In this document: positions 10,632 through 23,855 of the stretch, piece after piece
Layout: the number at the start of each line of letters is the position of its first letter
Position numbering within the stretch: the stretch's first letter is position 1
Source of the DNA: Rebecca billardiae RCC1528
Lineage: Eukaryota > Protista > Haptophyta
DNA: 64,000 nucleotides
Direction of reading: 5' to 3'
Assembly (NCBI GenBank): GCA_965240325.2
Contig: OZ251255.1
Coordinates: 558,856-622,855 of the forward strand
Notes under the pieces: generated by a model
Told to the model about the DNA's origin: nothing
The model's input: only the letters and a program-made list of their open reading frames with translations
Databases searched by the model: none
Program-made: the position numbers and the translations under genes

Positions 10632-13431
10632 TCACGGGCGCGACGCGAGCGCGGCGCGCGGGCGGCATCGCATCGGCGGCTCGTCGCGGGGCGGGCGAGA
10701 GGCGCCGCGTGCGCTCCGCCGCGCCCGTGCGCGCAGGGGGCGCCGAGCCGTGTGCACGCGCGCGGCGCTCGTGCACAGACGCACCTGGGCTGCGACCGCG
10801 CGCCCGCGGCCGAACGCGGTAAAGGCGGGCGGCGGCTGCTGCTGCTGCGGCGGCGGCGGCGGCGCGTGGCGCTGTGGCGGCGGCGCGGCACCGCCTGCTC
10901 GCGTCGGGCGACGCAGAGGGCGGCGGCGGCGGGCGCCCGTGTCAGCCGCGCGCGCGCGCGCGCCGCGCGGCGGCGGGCGCAGCAGCGCATGGCGCGCGCG
11001 CGCGCCCGCACCTGTCGCGCTTGCACCCGGAGGCGCGCCGCCGCCGCGCCCGCCGCCGAGGCCGGGTGGCGGGATGGTCGGCGCCGCAGCGCCGCCCGCC
11101 GTCGCGCGGCCCGGACCCAAGGCAGGGGCGGCCGCGCCGGCGCGCGCGCGCGGCGCCGCTGCGCCCAGGCCCGGGGGCGGCGCGGCGGAGGCGGCGGCGG
11201 CGCCGCTCGGCGCGGCGAGGACGCTCGCGGCGGCGGCCTGCGGCGGCGGCGGCGGCACACCGCGCTCGGCGCCCGCAGCCGCGCCGCCGCCCGCCGCCGC
11301 GGCCGCCGCCGCCGCCGCGGCGAGCGCGCGCGGCGAGCTCGATTCCAACCCAGGCGGCGGCGTGGACTGCAGCGGCGCCGCCGGCGCGAGCGCGCCCGTC
11401 TGCAGCTGCTCGCCCCTGAACGCGCACGCGGCCGTGGCGCGCGCGCCGCCGCTGCCTGCGCTCGTCGGCGTTGCGGCGGGCGTGTGCGCGGTGGGCGTTG
11501 CGGCCGGCGTGACCGTGGGTCCGTACGAGACGACAGAGTCGTCGGGGCCCGATGCGTCCACGCAGCCGCCGGGCTTGGCGAGCAACGCGCGCGCGGACGA
11601 GGAGGAGGCGGCGGCGGCCGCCATGGCGCGCGGCGTGAGCGGCGGTGCGGCGGACGACAGCGGCAGCGCACCGCCAGTGGTGTCGATGCGAAGTCCGGGG
11701 GGCAGCGAGGGCGGCGGCGCGGCGGACGCGGCGGACGCGGCGGCGGCGACGCGCGGCCGAGCCGCGCCGTCCGCGCCCAAGGGGCCAGCGCCAACGCGAG
11801 CGCCGCCGCCTCCCGCCGCGCCGCGGGGCGCCGCGCCCGCCGCCTCTGCGCGCACGCCCGCTGCGCCGCCCTCGCCGCCTGCGGGCGGCGCGTCCGCGGC
11901 CGGCTGCGCCGGCTGCGGCTGCGGCTGCGGCTGCGCGTACATGCGCGCATACTGCCCCTGCCCCTCCGGCGCGAGGCCGTAAGCCCCGCCGCCGCCGCCG
12001 CCGCTGCCGCCGGAGGGCGGAGGCGCCATCCCTGCTCCGCACCCGTACGCTGCTGCGACACTGAGCTCGCCCGGACTCGGCTGCATGGCGCACGCGCACA
12101 CCGGCCCGCCGTCGCCGCCGCCGCCGCCGCCGCCGCCGCCCGCCCAGTGCGGCTGCGTGCTGTAGCCGGCCGCGCCGTAACCGCCGCCGCCGCCGTACCC
12201 GCCGCCGCCGCCGGCCGTTACGCCGCCATGCTGCCGCTCCAGCTGCTGCCGCTGCAGCTCAAACGGCCCACCGCCCGCATGCAGTTCCATCCCGATCCCG
12301 CCGAGCTCGGGCTCGCCGCCGTGGTGGCCGTGGTGCGGGTGGGGATGCAGATACGAGCCGTGCGGCGGCGGCGCGCCGTACCCGCCGCCACCGTCGGCGT
12401 ACCCGCCGCCGCCGTCGGCGTAACCGCCGCCGCCGTCGGCGTAACCGCCGCCGCCGTCGGCGTAACCGCCGCCGCCATCCATTGGGTGTCCGTGCGGCGG
12501 CGGCGGCGGCGGCGCGGCGTAGAGCATGCCGTCCGCGCCGACGAAGCCCATGGGCGCGCCGACGCCCATGCCATCCGCGCCGCCGTACGCGCCGCCGCCC
12601 GCCGGGCCCGGCCCGTACCCGCCGCCGCCCATCGGCGCGCCGTAGCCGTAGCCGCCGCCGTCCGCGCCCACCGCGCCCGCATAGGGGTTGTAACAGCCGG
12701 TGCCGTCGGCGTAACCGCCGGCGTCGTAGCCCTGCGCGCCGCCGTAGTGCTGCGCGCCGTCGTAGCAGCGCGGCAGCTCGTACTCGGGCCCCGGCCCGTA
12801 CCCGCCGCCGCCCGCGCCGTACGCGCCACCGCCGTAACCGCCGGTGTAACCGCCGCCCCCGCCGGGCGGCGGGGGCACGTCAAATGCGCCCGGGGGCCCG
12901 AGGGCGGAGGGCTGGGGGGCGTAGAGCGCGGCGGCGTACGCCGCGCAGCCGGGCGCGCACGGCGCGCACGCGGGCACGTGCGGCGGGTGCGCGCGCGCGC
13001 CGCGCGGCGGCGGGTGCGGCGGCGGGTGCGGCGGACGGCGCGTCTGCTGCTGCTGCTGCTGCGCCGCGCCGCCGCCGCCGCCGGCTGCGCCGTGCGCGGC
13101 GGCGGCGGCGGCGGCGCGGCGTGGCGCGGCGGCCGGCGCGGCGGCGGTGGCGGTGGTGCCGGCGGTGGCCGCACCGGCCGCCGCCGCGGCCGAGCCGGCA
13201 GCGGCGGCGGCGGCGCCGCGCTCGCACCCGTCGGCGGCGGCGCCGCCGCCGCGCTTGCCCGCTGGGAGCGAGGGCGGCGGCGGCGGCGTCGCGGCGTGCG
13301 GCGGGAGCGGCGGCGGCGGCGGCTTACCGCCGGGCGCGGGCGCGCCATCGCGCTCCGCTGGCGGCGGCGTGGCGCGCGAGTGCGCGGGCATCGGCATGGC
13401 TCCGTCCGTGGGGCCGGGCCGCGCGCCGAGC

Positions 13432-13462
<31 letters not shown>

Positions 13463-15155
13463 GCGGCGGCGGCGCGGCGCCCGACGCGCCGCCCCGGCGG
13501 CGCGCGCTGCCCCGCGCCGGCGCGCCGGCAGCTGCGGGCCCCTCCGCCGAGGCGTCGCGCCGCTCCGCGCCGCTGCCCTCCGCCGAGCCTGCCGCGTCCG
13601 CGCGCGCGGCCGGCGGCGCGCGCGCGGACGGCGGTGGGACGGCCGCGTCGACGCACGCAAATTGACCGCCGCGCGCGCCGGCGTCGGCGGCGTCGGCGGC
13701 GGCCGCCGCGCCGCGCGCGCCCGCGGCCACGCCCGCCGCGCCGGCGTACGCGAGCGCGCCCGCGCCACCCAGCCCGCGGCCGCTCGGGCCGCCGCCGCCG
13801 CGGCCGCCGCCGCGCACCACAGCAGTCGGCCCGCGGCCGCGGCCGCGCATGCGCGGCGCGCCGGCGGAGGTTGAGCCCGCGGCCTCGGGCGCGGCGGGCA
13901 AGTAGGTGACGGAGGGCACCGCCGCGCCGGGGACGAGCCCGCACCCGCCGCCGCCGTGGCTGCCAGCCGGCTGCGGCGGCCGCTGCTGCCCGTGCGGCCC
14001 TGCAGCGTGCGCCAAAAGTCCGGTGCCGTCGGGCAAAAGTCCGGTGCCGTCGGGCAAAAGTCCGGTGCCGTACGGCGGCTGCGCGCCGTACCCGCCGGCG
14101 GGCGCGGGGTAGTACGCGTCCGCGCACGGCGCGGGCGCGTAGTACGCGGGCGCGCGCGAGCCCGACGGCCCGAGCTGCGCCTGCGGCTGCGGCTGCTGCG
14201 GCGCGGCCGCAGGCACCGCTGAGGCGACTGCCACCAGCGTGCCACCCGCGCCGCCGCGCGAGCGGCCGCCACCCGCCGCCACGCCGCGGCCGCCGCGCGC
14301 GCGGCCGCCGCGGGTCACGACGCTGGCGGTGCCGAGGCTCTGCTGCGCGCCGCTCACCAGCGGCTGCGCCAGCGGCTGCGCCGGCTGCGGCTGCGGCTGC
14401 GGCTGCGCGCCACGCCGCGCCGCGGAGCGGCCGCGCGCCGCGCCGCCGCGCGCGTGTGACGGCTGCTCGCGCTCGACCAGCTCGCGCTCGAGCTGGTCGA
14501 AGCCGTCGTGCGCCCACTTGGGCAGCACGTCGCACTCGGCCAGCTTGGCGGCGGCGGCGGCGGCGGTGCCGCCGCGCCCGCGCGCGCCGCCGCGCCCGCG
14601 CACCGCCGCGCGCTGCCCGCGCAGCGGCCCGCCGCGCCCGCGGCCGTTGGCGCCGGCGACCTGGCGGTCGTCGTGCAGGAAGAAGGCGCCGTCGGAGGGC
14701 ACGATGGCCCGCCGGTCGATGTCGTCCTGCTTCGACTTGCCGCCGCCGCCGCCTGGCTGCGTGTCGCCGGCGCCGGCTGGGGCGATCGCGTCGTCGGCGT
14801 TGGCGAGGTCGTCGGCCGCGCCGTCGCGCTCCTCCTCCTCGCCTTCGTCCTCCTCCTCCTCCTCATCCTCCTCCTCCTCCTCCTCCTCCTCCTCCTCCGC
14901 CTCCGCCTCGGCGTCCTCGTCCGCGGCCGCGTCCTCCACCACAGCCTCATCCTCCTCCTCCTCCTCCTCCTCCTCCTCCTCCTCCTCCTCGCCGTCCTCG
15001 TCGTCGTCGTCGTCGTCGGCATCGCGCTGGGCCACCACCTCGCGCTCGGGCTTGGCCTCGTCCTCCTCGCCCTCCTCCTCCGCGCGCGCCTCGTCACGCT
15101 TGCGTGGCGCTGGCGCCCGCAGGCGTGCCGCGGGTCGGCGCGCGGGGGCGACCAT
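10632..15155 (-). CDS. Btz-domain (CASC3/Barentsz/MLN51-like) exon-junction-complex protein with long low-complexity C-terminus
   Basis: 1507-aa ORF; acidic N-terminus followed by the Btz/SELOR motifs IVPSDGAFFLHDDR ... KWAHDGFDQLE. Confidence 0.8.
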
Positions 15156-15314
15156 CGCCGCGAGGCGTGCGCGCGCGCGCTAGCTCACAAGGGCCGGCGC
15201 GCGGGGTGCCGGAGCTCAGCGCGGCGCCCGGACCGCTGCCGTCTTGCAGACTTGCCGCTTTCAGCTTGGCGCGCACAGGCGCACAGGCCCGCCCGCCATC
15301 CCGCAACCCGCGCG

Positions 15315-18300
15315 ATGAGCGCGGACGGCGGGCTCGAGGGCGTCGAGCGCGCCGCCTCGGCGTGGGAGGGCGTGGGCCTCTCGGCGCGGCGCGCCGAGCT
15401 CGACCAGCAGTCCCTCGCCGTCGTCGACCACCAGGAGACCTCCGCCGACGGGCGCGAGTCGCTGAAGGCGGTGGTGAGGGACTTTCGGTCGCTGCCGGCG
15501 GCCGAGCGGCCGGCGAAGGTGGGCGGGCTGGTGAAGGCGTTCCAGGGCGAGGTGGACGCGCTGACGCGCCGCGCCGCCTTCGCCGAGGCCGCCTTCTTCG
15601 CGCTGTACCGCTCGCTCGAGTCCGCGCCCGACCCGGCGCCGGCGCTTCGCGAGGCTCTCGGCGCGGCCGCGCGCGGCCGCCGCGCGGAGGCGGAGGCGGA
15701 GGAGGCGAGGCGCGAGCTCGAGGAGTACCGCGCGGAGCTGTCCGGGCTGAAGAATCAGGACCACACGCTCCGCCGGCTGCAGGCCCAGCTCCGCGAGGCC
15801 GAGGAGCACGTCGACGCGCGCGTGAGCGCGGCGCTCGCCGAGCGCGCGGCGGGCGCGGACGCGGCCGCGGCCGCCGCCGAGGCGGCGGCGGCGGAGCGCG
15901 AGGCGGAGCTGCGCGCGGCGAAGGAGGCGGCGCAGGCGGAGCTGGCCGAGCTCTCCAAGGCGCACGACGCGTGCCAGGAGCGCCTCTACCGCCTGCAGGA
16001 GGAGGTGCGCGCGCCGCGCCGCACGCCGCGCGGCGCGCAGTCCGCTCGGCCGACCGGCCGCGCGCTGGCCCGAGGTTAGGGTAGGGTAGGGTAGGGTAGG
16101 GTAGGGTAGGGTAGGGTAGGGTAGGGTTAGGGTTGGCCGCGCGCGCCGCCCGCTCGCCCCCCGCCCCGCCCCCGGCCGCCGAGGGCCGGCCGGCCGCGCG
16201 CGCCCTCCCTCCCCCTGGCCGCGCAGGCGTCCACGCGCGCCGACGCGCACGTCCGGCAGCTGAGCACGCTGGCGGAGGAGGTGGAAAGTCTGAGCGCGCA
16301 GCTGGGCGCGGCGCGCGAGGAGGCGGCGCGGCGTGGGAGGGAGGGCGGCGGGGACGGCGGCGCGGGCGGTGGCGCTGGGGCGGGCGGCGGGCGGCGCGGG
16401 AGCGGGGCGGGGCTCGGCGGTGGCTGCGCCGGCGAGGCGGGCGTTGAGGCGTCGGCCGCGGCGGCGGCGGAGCTGAGCGCGCTGCGGGCGCAGCGTGCGG
16501 CCGCGCTCGCCGCGCGAGAGCACGCCGCGAGCGCGGGTGCGCGCCGCGCTGCGCCGCGCGCCCGCGCGCCCGCGCGCCCGCGCGCCCGCGCCGCGCCGCG
16601 CGCTCACCGCCAGGCCCGCGCCCGCGTGCGCGCGCGCCCGCGCCCGCGCGCGCGGCGCGGCGGCGCAGAGTGCCTCCGCCGCGCGCTGGCCGAGGCGGAG
16701 CACGAGGCCGAGGCGGCGGCCCAGCACGCCAGGCGCTCCGCGGTGCGCGCGCCGTGCGCGCCGCGCGCCGTGCGCGGCCGTGCGCGCGCTCACGCGGCGC
16801 GCGCGCGCGCGGCGCGCACGCCGCGCCAGGCGGCGGCGGCGCAGCTCCAAGCCGCGGCCGCGGCGGCGCAGGAGCAGCGACGGGCGAGCGCGCCAGGCGG
16901 CGCGGCCGTCGCGCCGCGTGCGTCGGACGGAGGGGCGTCGGACGGGCCGGCCGGCGCGGCCGGCGGCGCGGCGCGCCAGCCCTCCGCCGCCGCCGCGGCC
17001 GAGCCCGCGTCCGCCGTCGCGCTCGAGGCGGCGCAGCGCGCCGCGCGCGCCGCGGGCCGCGCGCGCGACGACGCCCTCGCGGCGCTGGCGGCTGAGCGCG
17101 CGCTGGTGGACGTGCTGCGTGCGGAGCTGGGCGGCGCGCGCGCGCGCGTCGAGCGAGTTGAGGCGTGGGCGCTGGGCGAGGCGGCGGGCGTCGGCGGCGG
17201 CGGTGGCGCGGCGGAGGGCGGTGGTGGCGGCGGTGGGCCCGCCGCCGCCGCGCCGCCGCTCGGTGCAGCCGGCGCGGGCGCGGCGACGCTGTCGGTCGTC
17301 CTCGCCACGCCGACGGGCGGCGCGCCGCACGCCGGCGGAGGCGGCGGCGGCGCCGGCGCCGGCGGGGGCGCAGAGTCCGGGGGCGGGCCGCCGGCTGACC
17401 CGGACTTTGTCAGCGTGCTGCGCGCGCAGCGGGACAGGTATCGCGCCGAGTCCGTCGCCCGCTCCGCAGAGCTCGGGCGCGTGCGCAGCACTCTCTACTC
17501 CGCAGAGGCGCGCGGGGCGGAGGCGGAGGCGGAGTGCCTGCGGCTGTACGAGCGACTGCGCTTTCTCGAGAGCTACTACGCGGCGGGCGCGGGCGGGGGC
17601 GGCGGGGTGCGCGGGGCGGCGCTCGACGGCAGCGCGCGCGGCGCCGGCGGGGCCGCCGGCGGGCCGTCCGCCGGCGTCGAGCCAGCGGGCGGTGTCGGCG
17701 CGCGGCCCGAGGGCGCACACGCCGCGGGCACCGCCGCCGCCGCCGGCACCGCCGCCGGCGGCGGGTCCGGTGTGGAGGTCCGGTACCGCGCGCTGTACGA
17801 GGAGCGGCTCAACCCGTTCGCCGCCTTCTCGCGCAAGGAGCGGCTGCAGCGCTACCAGGTGCGTGTGTGCGCGTGTGTGCGCGCGTGTGCGCGTGTGCGC
17901 GTGTGTGCGCGTGTGCGCGTGTGTGCGCGTGTGCGCATGTGTGCGCGTGTGCGCATGTGTGCGTGCGCGTGCGTGCGCACACGCGCGCGCGCCGATGGGG
18001 AGGGCTGGGCGGCGCGCACGCCGCCTCGCGCACGCCCTCACCCGCCCCCACCCTGTCGCCGCCTGGCCATACACACGCGCTCGCGCGCGCGTGTGCGCTT
18101 GTGTGCGTGTGTGTGCGCGCGTGTGTGTGTGCGCGCGCGCGCGTGTGTGTGCACGCGTGTGTGTGTGTGTGCGTGTGTGTGCGCGTGTGCGTGTGTGTGT
18201 GTGCGTGTGTGTGCGTGTGTGTGCACGCGTGTGTGTGTGCGCGCGCGCGCGTGTGTGCAGGAGCTGAACACGGCGGAGCGCATCGTGCTCTCGATGTCGT

Positions 18301-18446
18301 CCGTCTTCCTCGCCTCCAAGCACGCGCGCGTCGCGCTCCTCGCGTACGGGCTGCTGCTGCACGCGCTGGTGATGGGCGCGCTCTACGCGGTCTCGCACGT
18401 GCGCACGTGCGACCGCACGCGCATGGCCGTGCTCGCGCCGCCCTGA
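15315..18446 (+). CDS. CASP: Protein CASP (golgin, CUX1/COY1-like), multi-exon
   Basis: N-terminal LDQQSL...KAFQGEVDALTRRAAFAEAAFFALYRSLESAPDP; C-terminal SVLRAQRDRYR, LYERLRFLESY, RYRALYEERLNPFAAF and a TM helix with the conserved Y/H (AYGLLLHALV). Introns include ~16005-16227 and 17859-18260. Confidence 0.88.
16074..16134 (+). repeat. (GGGTA)n / TTAGGG telomere-like tract in CASP intron 1
   Basis: ggttagggtagggtaggg...gggttagggtt read directly. Confidence 0.85.
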
Positions 18447-18779
18447 GGGCGCGCGCGGCGGTGTTTGCAGGCCTGCGGGCGGGCAGCAGCGCGGGTACTG
18501 GGTGCTGGGCGGAGGCATCCATCCATTCCGCGGCGCGGCGCGGGGCCGAGGCGCGCCCACCAACCGGCCGGCCGGCCCGGCAACGGCGAGGGCGCGTCGG
18601 CGGCTCGGTGATGCGCTGTGGTGGCGCGCTGCGTGGCTCGGGCCGCCCGCGGCGCCCGGCGGGCGCCGCCGCGCGGCGGCCGGCGCGGGCCGGGCGGCCC
18701 GGTGCGGGCCCGGAGAGCACTGAGCAGCACTTTAATCGGTGGGCCGGCGGCACTTCAGTTATATTATTCGGAATAATAA

Positions 18780-21415
18780 CACAGTGCCGGAAAACTGCTC
18801 AGGGTGACGTTTTAAGTTGTCCGCACCACTAGTCGAATCATCGGACAATTCTGAAGCGGTGCGCCTAAATTCGGCGCACCATAGGCGCGTCGAATCGTGG
18901 CACAGACCTTGGTAGCAGGCCACACCTGAGCGCGCTGCGCGCGCCGACGCGCGCTCGGCGCGGGCAAAAAATCATGCGCCGTTGGCATTACGCAGCCCCG
19001 CGCAGCGCTGTGCTCGAGCTCGGCGGCGGCGAAAGCGGGCGGGCGCACACGGCGGTGCCCGTGCGCGCTGCTCCGAGCGCAGCTGCGGCCACCCCGGCGG
19101 CATACCGCCGGTCGAGGGCACGAAAACCGATTTTTCGGGAAAATGCAGAGCAGCGGCGCCCGAGCGCGCCCGAGCTCGTCGCAGCACAGTCTCCTGGTGG
19201 CTGCGCCCCGTGAAGCCACGCCACGCGGGGCGCTGGCGTGCGCGTGGCCTGCGCCCACCGTGCGCTGCCCGATCATGGCCGTCGACCGCTCCGAGCGCCT
19301 CACCACGCGTGCTCGAGCCCACCGATACTGACGCCCGAGCACGGTGCCGGCAGCGCTCGCAGGTGGGCGTCGGAGAAAACACGCCGGCCGAACGAGCTTG
19401 AAGCGTCCGCCGCGATGCCAACGGCAGCGGACGACGTGCGCGCCACCTCGGCGCCAGTCGCCCAGCCCTTGCGCGGCGGTGCGGGCTCGCTCGTTCGCCG
19501 CCATCAGCTGCGCGCGCGCAGCCCGATCACTGCCCGCTGGTTCTGTTGTCGAGCAGCTGCGGCCTGCCACGCGCACTGCCGGACATTGAGCCACAGCGCG
19601 AGCACGCGCCTCGTCTGGCACGCGCGAGCACTCAGCATCGTGCGTGGCCACCATGACGCGCCCATCTGCGCCAGCAGCGATGAGCACGCCGCCGTTCAGC
19701 TCGCATCGGGCTCGCTCGCGACGCAGCAACGCGCGGCCGTAGCGGCAGCAGCGGCGCCGTCGAGCACGCGCAGCAAACAAATATGCAGCGCGGGCGAGTC
19801 GACGGTCTGGAAAATGCGCGATCACGCCACAGCAGGCTGGCAGAGCCCGCCCGAGCTGCAGCATGCCGTAGGTGCTGCCCCAAGCTCCCGACTGCCCGTA
19901 AGCGGCGGCATGTGCGGCGGCGCCGGCGGCGGCCATGCTGCCACGCCGTTGCGCGCCGCGGGGCGCCGTCGGCACCTCTGTGGTGAAGCGCACAGAGCTC
20001 GAGCCCACGGGGGCTGGCGACCGTCAAACCGACACCCCATGACGCGGGGCTGCGTGCGCCAGCTGCGCGCACTCCGTGGGCCCACCTAGCCCGCTCGAGC
20101 AGCTCGCCTTGGGTGCGCGCAGCGGCTCGAGCACACTGGTATGGGACGCCTGCCTGCGGTGCCGCCGAGCACATGCGGCCGACGGTCACTCAGCACGGGC
20201 GAGTCGACGGCGGCGAGCAGGCGCGACGGCCTCGCCGCGCCGCGGAAAAGCCTGCCCGGGCTGCAGCACGCCGTAGGAGCAGCCCAGCGCCCTCCTCCGC
20301 CCTCCAGCTTCGGCGCGCGCAGCAGGCCCGGCGGCGGCCATGCTGGCGTGCCCAAGCATGAAGATGGGCGCGGCCGGCCGCGCCGTCGCAAAGCGCGCAG
20401 AACTCGAGCTCGGGGGGGCGGACGGCCGCCAAACTGGCGCGGCAGGACGTGGCACTGCGTGCGCCAGCTACGCGCACCCGCTGCGCCCGCGTGGCCCGTG
20501 CGAGCGCCGCGCCTCGAGCACACGCAGCTGCTCGACACAGCCACGGCAGTGTGGCTTGTGCGCGTGCACGTGATCAGTCTCAGCTCTGAGGCGCGCGCTC
20601 AGGAGGGCTGCGGCCGGGCCGAGCGCGATCTGCGCGGACGGTACAGCCTGGCGGCTCATGCCAGCCAGCCCAAAGCCCGCTCCGCCATCCGCGTCATGGC
20701 GCTCCAGCCTCTCGCGTGCTGCGCTGCAGCCGCGCTCGGCAAAGACGTCGCCCAGCCCGCCTTGCACGCGGCTGAGCAGTGGCAGCCAGGCGAAGCGTCG
20801 TCGCGGGCGAGGCTGCGCTGGGTGATGCGGCTCGGGTCGGTGGGCAAGTCGCACCCCGCCGTCGGTCGCCTCCACGCCTCAGGCTCGCTCGAGGTCAAAG
20901 ACAACTGCGCGGCGCGGCGTTTGCGCGGGCGGGCCGCGGGCGTGGCGGGGTGTACGCGTGCAATGTCACAGCCTCCCACACAATTTCAGGAGGGTGAGAC
21001 GCACCGCCAGCGGCACCCGCACACAATCCCACCCTGCGCGAGCCACCTGCCGTGTCGACTGAAGCATCAGGCTCGGGCGCAACCGCGGGCGGTGCATGCA
21101 AGAAGCTCGCGATGAAACGCACCGCGCGCGCCGTGAGGGCGAAAGGAGAGCACCCGTCAGGGCGGCGAGGAACTTGCCCAGCGCCACGCGGAAGACGACC
21201 CCAGCCCGCGTCGACGCATAGTCGGGCCCGCGAGCAGCCTCGTCGGTCTTCGCCGAGTAGATCGCGCCGCGAGCCGAGGCACCGCTCGTTTGAGGCTCCG
21301 TCCGCCGCGAAGTCGCGGCTTCCACCCGAGTTCCACTGTCCGGCCGAGACCGGATTCGCTGACTCGAGCTGCGGACCGTCCGAAGCGTCACGGAAAATTC
21401 CAATCCTGCACTGTG
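18780..21415. mobile_element. Putative non-autonomous CACAGTG...CACTGTG DNA transposon (CMC/Transib-like termini), 2.6 kb
   Basis: Left CACAGTGCCGGA..GTGACGTTT..GTCCGCAC vs reverse complement of right end CACAGTGCAGGA..GTGACGCTT..GTCCGCAG. AA flanks both ends. No credible ORF inside. Confidence 0.6.
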
Positions 21416-21524
21416 AACTGCTGTCGTCACAGTACCATGTCGTCGCGCGGCGGAGTATAACTACGGCGCTGACGCGGCGGCTGGCGGCCTGGCGGCATCC
21501 GCCCGCGGACCGCAGGACGACTCA

Positions 21525-21692
<168 letters not shown>

Positions 21693-21693
21693 G

Positions 21694-23660
21694 TAAACTT
21701 TTCTGAGGATAGCGCACCAGCAAAATCCCTTGACCGCCATCCGGATTTTACGGAGGCCGCGTTTGGACGCAGAAACGCGCGATGGCGAGGCCCGCCCTCG
21801 CACCACCGCTCTCGCGAGATCGCGACCGTGCGACCTGCGGCGTTGCGCTCGACGCGCTCTTTCTGCTCGGAGGCCGCGAGGACTCCCAGGTGCGCCAGCT
21901 CGCGAGCGCGCACCTTCCTCCTCGCCGCGCTCGCCGAGCACGAGCCGATCTGCAGCAGATGTGCAAGGAGCCGCATGTGGCCTTCCTCGCGCGCGCGGCA
22001 CGGCTGCACACGAAAATCGTTAGAGGGCACTTCTCCGCGCATTCTACATTTTGGGGAAAGAACGCCTGAACTGCACAAAAAGTGCCCTCTAACGCTTCCG
22101 CTCCTCGCCGTTGCGTGCACGCGCAAAGGAGCACTGCAAAGGGTGCGACTGGGAGCATTCCTTCTCCCGGGCGGCCACCACGGCCTCGGAGGTGGTGAGG
22201 AACGCGTCGGCGACCACGGCGTGGACCACCTCCGTCGCGCCGGACACTCCGGTCGCCCCTCGCCGGACTCCATCCTCGCTGCGCGCTGACCGTTTGCCGA
22301 GCGGGCTGCCCCGCCGCCTGCCCGGCGTGTGCCCGCGTGGTGACACAAGATGGTCGAAGGCGTGGCAGCGCGGTGGTGCGTGCGATCGGGGGACCCCACC
22401 TGAGCTACGACACGGGCGCGCGCGCTCATCCGTGCTCATCACGGTGGTGCACGCGCGCGTCGCGCGCTGACGCTCGTCGGCTGTCGCGCGCTGACGGCTG
22501 GGCTGCTTTGGGGTGTCGGCGGCGGCCACAGCTCGCTGGTACGGGCGCGATGGTGGCTGCGAGTGGTACGCGGCGTTGCACCAGGTCCGTGTGCGTCACG
22601 CACGACGCTCGGCCGGCTCGCCCTCGGACCATTGGCTGAGCCCTACTCGCCGCGCGCACTGCGCGCGGCAGCCGCTCCGCAGCTGCTCCGGGCACGAAGC
22701 GCGCCCCGCGCGCTGCACGTGGGCGCGACGAGGTGGTGCAGCGAGCATGCGCGAGAGTGTGCGCGTGATGGGCACCACAATGACGATACTTGCCATGCAC
22801 ATCTGCCTCTCGCCACGCCTTCGTCACGATAGCTGCGACTGCTGCCCGGAGGTGCGCTCGAGCGCTCGCGCGCGTTTGAATCTGGGCTCGGCGGCGATCG
22901 CGTGGACGAGGGGCAGCGCGGTGCACGGTGGCGGAGCGCGTGCGGAGCGCAGCCTACACCTCCTACACGCTCCATCCAGACACATCGCGCATGCTCGCGC
23001 GGCCTCCTCGGTCCATCACGTGCGCGTGCGCGCGCGAGCAGGTGTGCATTCGCCGGGCGCGTTCACGGCGCGCCGCGTTGGCGCGCGCGCACCGATACCC
23101 GTGCGCAGCTCGACGAGCGAGCGCGGTGTGTTTCGATGCGTATGGGGAGGCTCGAATTTACGCGCGCGCACGCGCCGGCCCTCGCCGCCCCTTCGCTCGC
23201 CCACGCCTCATCTGCGCGCTCGGCGTTTGCAGGCAGCTGCGCATTCTTTCCGACACGTGCGCAAACGAGCAGATGGCGCTGGGCGAGGTCGATTGGTGCG
23301 TCAGATATTCGGCAACGACCAGGCCCGCTTGTGTGCCGCCGCTCGTGCTACTCTCGACGACCACCTCTGGCTCGGTCGCGCGCACGAGGCTGCTCGCGGC
23401 CGAATCGTGCCGTGTACCGTCAAGCTGTACCGTGCGCAGCGAGGCGCACTCAGACGTCGGCATGGGCTCGCATGCGAGGGCCCGGCAGTGCGACGCGTCG
23501 ATGGAGCATGCTCCGGATACGCTTCGGCGCACTTCCCGACGCGCACGAGCCGCTCGAAGGCGCGGAAGGGCGCCCAAACGGGGCAACCGCCATTTTGCGC
23601 CACTTCGGCCCGGATGGCGGTCAAGGGAAATTGCTGGTGCGCTATCCTCAGAAAAGTTTA
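21694..23660. mobile_element. Non-autonomous TIR DNA transposon (~1.97 kb) with 51-bp TIRs, between microsatellites
   Basis: TAAACTTTTCTGAGGATAGCGCACCAGCAAAATCCCTTGACCGCCATCCGG (21694-21744) matches the reverse complement of 23610-23660 with 2 mismatches. The terminal TA may be the TSD. Confidence 0.85.
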
Positions 23661-23663
23661 ATC

Positions 23664-23666
<3 letters not shown>

Positions 23667-23694
<28 letters not shown>

Positions 23695-23813
23695 TGTATG
23701 TATGTATGTATGTATGTATGTATGTATGTATGTATGTATGTATGTATGTATGTATGTATGTATGTATGTATGTATGTATGTATGTATGTATGTATGTATG
23801 TATGTATGTATGT
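23667..23813. repeat. (TATG)n microsatellite
   Basis: Direct reading. Confidence 0.95.
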
Positions 23814-23855
23814 ATATATAATATAAATAAGTCAGATCATATGATCGACATATAT

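Noticed and set aside
18780-18830. True V(D)J-type recombination signal or RAG transposon
   Set aside because: The heptamer is present, but there is no nonamer at 12/23 spacing, no 5-bp TSD and no RAG/Transib ORF.
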